Below are positions 24,101-32,383 of a stretch of 32,383 nucleotides of DNA, piece by piece. This DNA is from Nemertoderma westbladi (taxonomy: Eukaryota; Animalia; Xenacoelomorpha). The DNA lies in assembly GCA_032718475.1 (NCBI GenBank), contig JAUCBJ010005138.1:1-32383 (forward strand), written 5' to 3'. Made by a program: the position numbers and the translations under genes. The notes below the pieces were generated by a model that saw only the letters and a program-made list of their open reading frames with translations, made no database searches and was not told the origin of the DNA. How positions within the stretch are numbered: the first letter of the stretch is position 1; every line of letters starts with the position of its first letter.

Positions 24101-25331
24101 CGGAACTTACGTTGTCAATGCGGAGGGTAAGCCGAGTGCGGGACGTAGGCGGGACCAGACGTACGTGGTGGAGGAGACGGGTGTATCTACGGAGACGGGT
24201 GTATCTACGGAGACGGGTGTATCTACGGAGACGGGTGTATCTACGGAGACGGGTGAACCCAAGGGAGAGGCGGGTCGACCCAATGAAGAGGCGGGTCGAC
24301 CCGGCGAGACAGTGCCTGTCCCTGCGGAGACAGCGGGTCACCAACAGAGAGAACGCAACCCTGAGACTGTTGTTTCGGTCTCTGGTGCGGATAAAACTGG
24401 TGCGGACGGGAAGAAAACTGAGAATAAAGTGGACTCGGATCCGACTAAGTTTATTTACGGCCGGAGGGAAGATTCCGGGATATCGAGCGACCGCGAGGAC
24501 TCCGAGGTAACTCGGGAGTCGTCAGCGGTGCATGATACACCGACGGAGAAGCACCGGGCACCGGCGGTGGGATCCCGACCAACAACGGTGAAACCCACAC
24601 CGCCGGTGATGCGATTCGCGCCTCCAGTCGTGACAGAGACGATCCCGGAAGAACGAACACCTACGCCGCACACGGCGGATCGGAAGCGAGCTAAAGAATT
24701 CCGAGTTGGACCCCGGACTAACCGACGTTCAACCTACACCGTAAAGGAAGTTGCAGACGGGCGGCAAACTGCGTTAGTGTTCGGTACCGCAGGGGTCAAA
24801 CCAAATGAGAAAGTGAAGAAACCTGTTGACAAGGTGGAAGAGGAGATAGTAGAAACGAGGGAGGAAAAGGGTGAAGCAACCTCCAGGTTCGCAACCAAAG
24901 TGATAAGATATGTCCCTCCTGTGTCTGCCTCACAGACCGGCGACCCTCAGGTGTCTGTCCGACGGACGTCTCTCCCCCAGACGTCTACCCCGCTACGGGA
25001 CCAACACAAATCCGAATTAGTAATCAGCGATGGACCAGAACAATCAGGAACTACAGGACAGTCGCATGGAATCAATCAAGTTATGTAAGTGAATGTATTT
25101 GTTTACGAATAAATAAGGATACTGTTTAATGTTTTGGTCCACCGCCTAATCATATAAAATAGGCTACTAATAGAAAAGACTGAACGACTAGTAAATATTG
25201 GAAGTTTAACAAATATGAACAAAGTTCGCAATAATTTGAACAAAATCATCATTGCAGATGCCATGCATAAGAACAAAGTTCGAAAGTGGAGGAAAAAAAA
25301 TTCGCAAATAATTACCATCACAAGGAACTAA
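12229..25331 (+). CDS. Divergent tandem calponin-homology (CH1-CH2) actin-binding-domain protein with long disordered C-terminus, about 830 aa; exons 12229-12252, 12515-12737, 21170-21359, 21906-22114, 22611-22744, 23163-23254, 23372-23508, 23770-25084 and tentatively 25163-25331
   Basis: All junctions are GT-AG with consistent phases (0,1,2,1,0,2,1,2), giving one continuous 2493-nt ORF. CH1: IYLGWANSVL...ELKDGRKLCALVDIL...AVYGDFKALMDIMWSLIIH. CH2: LLLNWAS...ENFADNDALSVLISQFCP...NALLTADHSLHI...ILDPAAV...EEYALALYLALL. The last exon is uncertain. Confidence 0.8.
12515..12737 (+). CDS. Tandem-CH gene exon 2 (CH1 N-terminal part)
   Basis: ttattccag|ATC ... AGAG|gtgagt; WAN and LKDG motifs. Confidence 0.88.
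12955..13022 (-). mobile_element. tRNA-derived SINE head or tRNA pseudogene
   Basis: The minus strand reads tagctgaatggttagagcgtcagacttccaacccgaaggtcaccagttcgatccc, with Pol III A-box and B-box; no convincing acceptor stem. Confidence 0.7.
13530..15130 (+). mobile_element. 5'-truncated degenerate RTE-clade LINE, split by an insertion at ~14110-14690
   Basis: RT motifs GVLQGDTLA..LF.IVLDYAMR, DFADDIALL, GLHINATKTE, VDDFQYLGSW. After the insertion: VESVLLYG, YTRLLRAAL..SWRQHMT, RLRFSGH. Contains stops and frameshifts. Confidence 0.9.
15512..15952 (-). CDS. Calmodulin-like 4-EF-hand Ca2+-binding protein, 146 aa, intronless CDS, nested antisense
   Basis: EF loops DANNSGTIDVAE, DDSSDKELNFEE, DLNQDGQLDRNE, DSDGDGNLNYGE with calmodulin spacing (LGLSPT, FKKFD, EMG..FTDEEMDE). 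Possible 5'UTR acceptor at ~15988; minus-strand AATAAA at 15346-15341. Confidence 0.93.
   Translation of the reverse strand: MTAATDEEIKEVFETHDANNSGTIDVAELEDCFQCLGLSPTKADVDNYMHLYDDSSDKELNFEEFTTLVRDQGATMTVSPEELLESFKKFDLNQDGQLDRNELRKALTEMGDCFTDEEMDEFFKDFDSDGDGNLNYGEFAVLISQI
17185..19479 (-). CDS. RPS6KA: Intronless p90 ribosomal S6 kinase (RSK)-like protein, 764 aa, two kinase domains, both with degenerate catalytic motifs
   Basis: RSK signatures: [58 protein letters not shown], hydrophobic motif [30 protein letters not shown]. The gene symbol denotes the family only; this is a divergent paralog. Confidence 0.93.
   Translation of the reverse strand: [764 protein letters not shown]
21170..21359 (+). 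CDS. Tandem-CH gene exon 3 (end of CH1, start of CH2)
   Basis: ttcctcag|CG ... GAAAA|gtaagg; encodes GDFKALMDIMWSLIIH...RRLLLNWA. Confidence 0.87.
21906..22114 (+). CDS. Tandem-CH gene exon 4 (CH2)
   Basis: ctgtag|T ... TTAG|gttagt; encodes FADNDALSVLI...ILDPAAVIKGNSEEYALALYL. Confidence 0.87.
22120..22215. repeat. Short ~19-20-bp tandem repeat (actttatattatggtt), about 4-5 copies, just after the exon 4 donor
   Basis: Directly visible. Confidence 0.75.
22611..22744 (+). CDS. Tandem-CH gene exon 5
   Basis: ttttgtgtag|CG ... TTG|gtgagt; supplies the phase 1-to-0 bridge needed between exons 4 and 6. Confidence 0.78.
23163..23254 (+). CDS. Tandem-CH gene exon 6
   Basis: tttctag|GGA ... ATAAA|gtaagt; only one frame is open. 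Confidence 0.78.
23372..23508 (+). CDS. Tandem-CH gene exon 7
   Basis: ctttag|G ... CAAG|gtaacg; encodes SAEVDSAFHTENSE...TPSKRQKL. Confidence 0.8.
23770..25084 (+). CDS. Tandem-CH gene exon 8 (1315 nt, low-complexity E/T/R/P-rich)
   Basis: ttcttcag|AT in frame with the 423-aa ORF; GC-rich coding composition; ends GTTAT|gtaagt, or reads through to TAA at 25088. Confidence 0.85.
24174..24254 (+). repeat. Coding 18-bp minisatellite GAGACGGGTGTATCTACG x4.5, encoding (ETGVST)n
   Basis: Perfect copies, in frame within exon 8. Confidence 0.95.
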
Positions 25332-25614
25332 ATTAACACCGCCATATAAATAATAAATACAACAATTATTTAAAGTATGGGAGTTAGGCCGTTTAGCCGT
25401 TACCGGTACATCAGGTAAATGTCGACATCCAATTACTTTCATTTTCCAGTTTTGCAGTATACTGTACCGTACCTGCAAACCTTAAGGAGATAGCCATCAC
25501 TGGGAAATTTATATATTTAAAGTATATTTGTAAAAAAATGCTAATATTAAAAGATAACTCAAATTTACGAATGAAGCAAGTCCTGACGAAGACAAGTGAA
25601 TGAATAAACGACAT

Positions 25615-25889
25615 CGCCCATGTGAAGAATACCAGGATTTCACTTTTCGGTCGACTTTTTATTGGAATTTTATATATGAAGATTTTTTATTTTTTTTTAA
25701 TTTTTCTTTATTAAGTGTTTTATAGCGCTTATTTCTGTCTTATAACCTGTACATATACTAATTCGTTTATTGTTTTGGTTATATTCAGCCCTTCTGTAAC
25801 CTGTGTTTTTGGTGAAAACCTGGTATTCTTCGGGGGTAACTGCAAAGTGAAATATAGCGGCAGAAAGTCTGGTATTCTTCACATGGGCC
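25615..25889. mobile_element. MITE (275 bp) with 8-bp TSD AACGACAT
   Basis: Perfect 20-bp TIR GCCCATGTGAAGAATACCAG (25616) / CTGGTATTCTTCACATGGGC (to 25888); AACGACAT at 25607-25614 and 25890-25897. Confidence 0.88.
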
Positions 25890-26429
25890 AACGACATTAG
25901 ATGTAAGTATGTCAGGGATCATGTGTGTCAATGAAGGGGGTACTGTAGTGGTGGACTGGGCCAGTTTGACAGTAGTAAATACGAACCTTATATCTCCGAT
26001 GTCTGCTTCCCAGTGTGTCAAGAAAGTGCGGAACGCATGCGGATCGCACGCGGAATGCGTAAATTATGCGGATAAGTGTGTAATTAATGTGGGATTGACG
26101 CATTTATTTTGAAGGGCATCATCAGGCAAAAATACCGCACAATTTCCACACTAAAAACACAGTAACTATTTATACTCATTGAGTGAAATGTGCGTGTTGT
26201 ACACATTTGCCCAAAGTGTGTTTAAAACCTGTCATATCCGCACTTATTACACACAACACAATGCATCATGGGAAATATCCCATCATGCATTGCGTGATTA
26301 CTGAGAACACTCCAGCAGACCAGCACTCTGTGGGCAGGTACCGGTACACGTACAAGGTATGTGCTTGATAGGCCTGTGTTGTGTTTGTGAACCGGTCAGC
26401 GGTCACCGGGTAGGTAGGTCATCAGTAGG

Positions 26430-26733
26430 GATCGACCGAACTTGTAAATCTTTAAAAAAAACGGTATCTAAACAATTACGGAGACTGATTACTGACGAAT
26501 TCGCACGTAAATCATCCGTGACCGGAAGGTCAACTATAAATGGTTGCCCAGTCAAATATTCGCTTCAGAAACTGGGCGTTACCAATCTGCTATTTATTGT
26601 TAATTCTCAGAAATTTGATGGCATTACTATGGAGGAGTTGGTGGATGCCATGAGGAAAACTCATCACTTGATGTGCGATACAAGAAACGGTAAATGGATA
26701 ATTAAACAATATAATAACAATATAGTAAATTAA
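26430..26733 (+). pseudogene. BEN/DUF4806-like domain fragment inside the transposon
   Basis: SLKKTVSKQLRRLITDEFARKSSVTGR...KYSLQKLGVTNLLFIV..KFDGITMEELVDAMRK resembles the BEN/DUF4806 pattern (L..L.TDE.A...S.TGR...K....L); recognised by eye only. Confidence 0.55.
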
Positions 26734-27204
26734 TTAATAAATAAATAATATTTTTTTATATTTCAAATTACGTAATTTTTTAAGAAATTTATCTTTATAA
26801 AATTTTATTTATTAACATATCCAAACCAATAAGTGTTATAAAGAGGATATAATGCAGAGGTAGAAGAGGTGGAACTACTTGCGCCAGCGGTGGTGTATTT
26901 AAGAATGAAATTGGGTCGAAATAACTTTGGTTTGTGGTAGGAGCAGAGGAAGGCCCCGTATGTATAACATTTTTCGATGTACCAGTATATATTTTACACT
27001 ATTATATGTTACTAACATATTATATATAATATACTGTATTTATAGGTGACCGTCTTCAAACTTAATAAGTCTTCGTGAGCTTTAATATCGTATTAATTAA
27101 GTCAGTAATTTATTTACCATGGTATATATAATATATACGCCTATATAATATTAATAAACTGCTTATAATATCTTTATAGGAAAACGAGGTGAGAATGAGG
27201 ATTG

Positions 27205-27740
27205 TTGATGGACCAGTTTGTATAATCTCGTTGATGGACCAGTTTGTATAATCTCGTTGATGGACCAGTTTGTATAATCTCTTTGATGGACCAGTTTGTA
27301 TAATCTCTTTGATGGACCAGTTTGTATAATCTCGTTGATGGACCAGTTTGTATAATCTCGTTGATGGACCAGTTTCTATATACTAGTTGATGGACCAGTT
27401 TGTATAATCTCGTTGATGGACCAGTTTGTATAATCTCGTTGATGGACCAGTTTGTATAATCTCTTTGATGGACCAGTTTGTATAATCTCGTTGATGGACC
27501 AGTTTGTATAATCTCGTTGATGGACCAGTTTGTATAATCTCGTTGATGGACCAGTTTCTATATACTAGTTGATGGACCAGTTTGTATAATCTCGTTGATG
27601 GACCAGTTTGTATAATCTCTTTGATGGACCAGTTTGTATAATCTCGTTGATGGACCAGTTTGTATAATCTCGTTGATGGACCAGTTTCTATATACTAGTT
27701 GATGACCAGTTTCTATATACTAGTTGATGGACCAGTTTCT
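27205..27740. repeat. 26-bp tandem repeat GTTGATGGACCAGTTTGTATAATCTC, about 20 copies
   Basis: Directly visible periodicity; variants ctctttgatgg and tttctatatactag. Confidence 0.95.
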
Positions 27741-28252
27741 ATACTTGTAGCTGGACCCGTTTATACTCGTTTATACTTGTAGCTGGACCCGTTTATACTC
27801 GTTTATACTTGTAGCTGGACCCGTTTATACTCGTTTATACTTGTAGCTGGACCCGTTTTTACTCATTGCTGGACCCGTTTATACTTGTAGCTGAACCCAT
27901 TTGCCTTTATACTCATTGCTGGACCAGTTTATATTTATACTTGTGCTAAATTCGGTTATACATGTAGCTGGACCCGTTTATACTCATTGCTGGACCCGTT
28001 TATATTTATACTTGTGCTAAATTCGGTTATACTTGTAGCTGAACCCTTTTATACTCATTGCTGGACCCGTTTATATTTATACTTGTGCTAAATTCGGTTA
28101 TACTTGTAGCGGAACCCTTTTATACTCATTGCTGGACCCGTTTATATTTATACTTGTGCTAAATTCGGTTATACTTGTAGCTGAACCCTTTTATACTCAT
28201 TGCTGGACCCGTTTATATTTATACTTGTGCTAAATTCGGTTATACTTGTAGC
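27741..28252. repeat. Related 32-bp repeat (about 3 copies) grading into a 71-bp repeat (about 5 copies)
   Basis: atacttgtagctggacccgtttatactcgttt has period 32; tactcattgc recurs at 27910, 27981, 28052, 28123 and 28194 (period 71). Confidence 0.92.
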
Positions 28253-30118
28253 TATTTCAAATTGTAGTCAAGTTGTAGTTAATTCTGTTTTAATTAAATA
28301 AGCATACTAGCAATAAGCATTTTCATATTTCGATTATTCCGCTATAATATATTATAAAATTGGTTCATAAAATTTCAAACGTTTCAACTAAAAAAAATAA
28401 ATTTAATTATCATGTCGTTATTCAGGTACCTGCCCCCCAAATTTTTCTACGATATTTTATTAACTTAAAGTAAGTTTTAAAGTTAAAGCCGTTAAAGCAT
28501 GGTTATAGTTCTGGGAGATTGGGAGAGTAAACATTGCGTATACAATGCATCATAAAACCTGCGTATTTACCGCTTTTAATAAGCGTAAATAGTGTGTAAA
28601 ATGTGAGTAAACATTGCGTATACGATGCGTAAAATCTGCGTATTTCTCACTTGCAATTGTGCGTTTTTTGAATGTTTATTACGCATATAAACCACCTGCG
28701 AAAAATATGCGGTATAAACACACAAAAAAAGTCAAAGCGCGTATTAAACACGTGCGTTTCGCACATTTCACACCGTCACATTTTCTTTTGTTCTCCGCAC
28801 TAAAAACGCAAAGCGAAACGCACGCGTATCGCACTAAATACGCACTGCGGAAAATGTGCGTTTGACACACTGGGTTTAAGGGAATATTAATTTGGTTAAC
28901 AGATTTTGCATAAGAAAATTAAGTTATTATCAAAATTATTATTATTATATTCAGAACTTTTCAGAAGCTTTTATCTGGGCCTATTTCAGTATAAATATCG
29001 TCCATCGAAGCTTCTTCCACAGTGAAATACGGGCATTACTATACCTTTGGGTACCACCTGCCCATTGTTTAACCAATTTTTTTCATATAAAAAGGCTTTT
29101 ATCATTAGGTTTTTTTCCTAGAACAAATATTTGACCTTCTGACAGTAGTATGGTATTTTTTTCAAATACATGTTCTAGAAAAAAATGTGTTCTAGAATAG
29201 AAATATTTATCAAAATTAAACAACACTGTTCTACACACGGTAACATTTATAAAAAAGTAGAAAAATCTACCTTGTATAAAAAATATAAAATGTGTTCTAA
29301 AACAAAGTGTTCTAGAACAAAAATATTTATAAAAATTGATAGCTAACACGTGTTCTATAACATTTATAAAAAAAATTAGCAAAAATAATATTAGAAATTA
29401 TCTATTTAATCTATTTAAATGCAATGTTATTATTAATGTCATGGAAACATTACTTTTTGTATTGACAGAAAAAGTGCTCTTTTTATGTCAAACTTGTTAA
29501 CGACTTTGACTAAAAAAAAACTTAAAACAACAAATAAAAGACATTTTGGCGCCCTTTTCGGATGGCGCCCAGGGGAAAGTAACCACCCCCCCCCCCCCCC
29601 CCCCCAATAGCTACGCTTCTGTAACTGCCCTTGTGGAAGACCTGGGTAGAACCCATGCAACATTGCGAACCAACTAGTCGATTTCCCGGCCTCAGTACTC
29701 AAACTTAGACCGGATAATGGGCCGGCAAACAGATAATGGCAATGGGCCGGCAAACAGATAATAGGTTTTCACAAATTGCGTGGTCCAATGGGTAAATGAC
29801 AGGTGGCACCTCAGTCCATGAGTCACTGCATATAGCCCAGTATGAGACGATCACGATATATTCACGATATTGTTCTTTGGCATCCCTATAAGACGGGCCT
29901 AATACCTCCCGAGTATGTTAACCAATTTGTTTGTTCGTTGAGAATATCCGCCCTATATACATACATCTAATGGGGTTCCAAAATTATAATTATTTATTAC
30001 ATGGGAAAAATTAGAACATTTTTTCACTATTCTCGAGGCATTTTAGTTACCGATCGTCAGCGAGGTTAATAAAGGGACGAGAGAATATTGAAAAAAAGGT
30101 TTGTTTTTTTCCATATTA

Positions 30119-30581
30119 GGGCGCTTTCACACGGCGACTACCGAGTCAAAGTCTAAATAAAATAAATATAGCTAGATAGCAATAATAAATAATGGGAGAA
30201 TCTTTTAGGCTCGTTAAGCCAAGGAATGCCTGTTCACCACCATGGGTGATCTTCCACAGGAAACCCTTCCACTCTGTTTCCCAAGTGGCCTTGGTTCCCA
30301 TATATCGACCACTGAAGGATGAAAGCCGGGGTTGGGCTAGGCTGCAGCATTTAAAGCACTGTGCCCAAACAGTGCTGCCCCATCTAGGGATCGAACCCGG
30401 GCTCCCTAATCGGAAGCACAGTAATGTCACCACTAGACCAAGCTGCTGCATTATAATAAATAATAATACATTATATAGGCCTAATATAATACATAAAGGC
30501 ATTCTAGAAAAAAATTAAATTTCATGTGATATGTTTCACATTTTTGTCTTTTGACTTTGACTCGGTAGTGTGAACGCGGCC
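30119..30581. mobile_element. Harbinger-like MITE containing a nested SINE
   Basis: Left end gggcgctttcacac..ctaccgagtcaaagtc; right end gactttgactcggtagtgtgaacgcggcc; flanked by TTA and TAA. Confidence 0.65.
30180..30448 (-). mobile_element. tRNA-derived SINE with conserved-type core and (TTA)-rich tail
   Basis: The minus strand has A-box tggtctagtgg, B-box ggttcgatccc, central ggctttcatccttcagtggtcgatatatgggaacc and tail cccattatttattatt. Confidence 0.78.
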
Positions 30582-30997
30582 TAATACATAATTTTATTCC
30601 GAAATTTGTACTTTTTGTTACTGCATTCTTTAATTAAAGATATAGCATTGAATCTAAATAAGAAAACATTATGATATCTGCGATGGCAGATATCGGTTAC
30701 TAAATAAATTGAACTGTAGTGATTTATCATATTGCTTCCATAGTTACTGTGATTCAAATTAATGCACTCTTCAGCTCCTGATGCCGCCTTACTCAATGTT
30801 AAATAATTTAGTGTTCTCGAATATTTATTACGTAACCAGAGAACCGCTTAACTACATAAACCAATATTGGATATTGAGTTCTGTTTTGGTGTACGCCACG
30901 CAGACACTAAAGTTGCAATAACTTTTGAGTGTGTCAATGGATTTTTTTCAAAATACTTTCAAACCTTTTCTACTTCGACGCCATTTTAACACATGTA

Positions 30998-31327
30998 CTC
31001 TGGAGTCCCGAATAGGCGGGGCGACACGGCTATTAATTTTTGAAGTAAATATCCACCCACAATTCTCTTATTCCAGACACCCCGACTCTTATTTTTTTCT
31101 AAAAAATTTAGTACATTTTTTATTATGAGTGAATAAACGTTTGTTCTCATAATAATTGAGAGTTGAAAGTGAAAGAAAACAAAAACCGTGTACCGAGTAT
31201 ACCACCAGTAGCAGTAGGTACTGCTGTACCTGTACGCCTATACTGTATGTTAAGTAAATGTGTTAAATTTTCCACCCACCACGTTTATTCCACCCACGAC
31301 CCACCCCGTCTATTCGGGACTCCAGAG
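30998..31327. mobile_element. Tc1/mariner-superfamily MITE (330 bp), TA TSD
   Basis: TIR CTCTGGAGTCCCGAATAGGCGGGG / CCCCGTCTATTCGGGACTCCAGAG (1 mismatch), flanked by TA on both sides. Confidence 0.9.
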
Positions 31328-32383
31328 TAATAAAATTCCACCAAAAATATAAAATATATATTTTTGCCTACAGGACTATAAAAGTCAATGAAAACCTGAT
31401 AGACAATAATAATACAGCCGTGATATTATAGAACACAATATCGCAAAAAATATGTTTTGAGAAAATCCTTTAGTGGTTTGCTGTTATGAGTTAGCAGATG
31501 ATTGTTAGACCAGCGTATGTTCGTGAGGGAGGAAGATGGGGTAATTTTTAGATACAAAAATATTAAATTTTTACCCGTAAACAAAATATATAGCGTCAAA
31601 TGCGGTTGCAAAACATATATAAGGTCGATTACTTACAACTTATATTATCAGATTATATAAATAATACCCTACCGGTAGGTGAAATGTTCAGAATTGATAC
31701 AGCCAGAACAAGCTATCTCACTGATATAGGGTGTTCTACCATTCAAGATTATCGACATATCTATCTATATACGGGGGCACAACCCATAAGCATTTATAAA
31801 CAGAGGTGCCGTTACCGGTACCGGTACGGTAAAGGGAGTTATTCAAAACATCCAGGATAAAGACACAAGCCAGATGTGAATAATGAATAATGACAATATT
31901 AATTCGAAATCTTAACGCGTATTGTGGAATAAAAATGATATACAAATTTCAATTTATAAATATATTATATATATAATTTTGTTGATATGCTACAGCTACG
32001 CTAAAGATCGGTGCCAAAAATGTACAGGACAGGATATAGGGCCTACAATATACCGGTACCAGCAAGAATCAATATAGAACTTACCAAAAAGTGTTCAATA
32101 TCTAAAAAACAACGAACGCGTTATTAAAAGTACCCACCGCTAGTAGCGGTGACCGGCAAACTACGTCGCAGGTAATCTTTACAGCATTATGCATTAGGCT
32201 ACTCTGTCTGACTCTAATACTACAGTACTAAATCTAACATCAATGTTCCTTGCAAGTAGTTCACTATTTAATTTGCTCGATGCAGTATTTTGCCGTTTCC
32301 GTGGCTGTACTTCTGTTTTTGTTGCTGTTCAAACAACTGAGTACGTCGCCCTGTTTGTTTTTCATTAGATTCCAAACCCCATA

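Larger units (their letters stand above)
26009..28874 (+). mobile_element. Non-autonomous CMC/EnSpm-like DNA transposon, 2866 bp
   Basis: 13-bp TIR CCCAGTGTGTCAA / TTGACACACTGGG flanked by TT on both sides (2-bp TSD). Subterminal regions are rich in tgcg/cgca and share motifs (tcc(a/g)cactaaaaac(a/g)ca). Carries a DUF4806/BEN-like remnant. The superfamily call is inference. Confidence 0.72.

Noticed and set aside
24075-24673. Arg-rich overlapping ORFs (protamine-like RRYTRL/RRRVYL)
   Set aside because: Alternative-frame and antisense shadows of the GC-rich exon 8 and its 18-bp repeat.
25580-25612. Hammerhead ribozyme core (CTGACGA)
   Set aside because: No properly placed GAAA or flanking stems found.
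27205-28252. CRISPR-like array
   Set aside because: Contiguous tandem units without spacers.
29049-29811. Possible TIR element (ggtaccacctgcccatt / aatgacaggtggcacc)
   Set aside because: The TIR match is imperfect and no TSD is identifiable, so it is too weak to annotate.

Overview
AT-rich eukaryotic (metazoan invertebrate-like) genomic DNA with GT-AG spliceosomal introns; nothing here looks prokaryotic or CRISPR-like. Two calponin-homology (CH) genes lie on the + strand. The first is a transgelin/myophilin/calponin-family gene (4 coding exons, 3385-6420, about 179 aa). The second is a divergent tandem-CH (CH1-CH2) actin-binding-domain gene with a long disordered tail (8-9 exons, 12229 to about 25331, about 830 aa). 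Three single-coding-exon genes are nested antisense in their introns: a 127-aa orphan ORF, a 4-EF-hand calmodulin-like gene and a 764-aa intronless p90 RSK homolog. In the RSK homolog both kinase domains carry substitutions at canonical catalytic residues while the ORF and hydrophobic motif are intact, so it is a candidate double pseudokinase. The rest is repeat-rich: a 25-bp hairpin-unit satellite interrupted by a MITE, a long foldback palindrome, RTE-like LINE fragments, tRNA-derived SINEs, several MITEs, and a 2.87-kb CCCAG...CTGGG element carrying a BEN/DUF4806-like remnant and a satellite whose unit changes from 26 to 32 to 71 bp. All calls come from reading the sequence by eye; no database searches were run.
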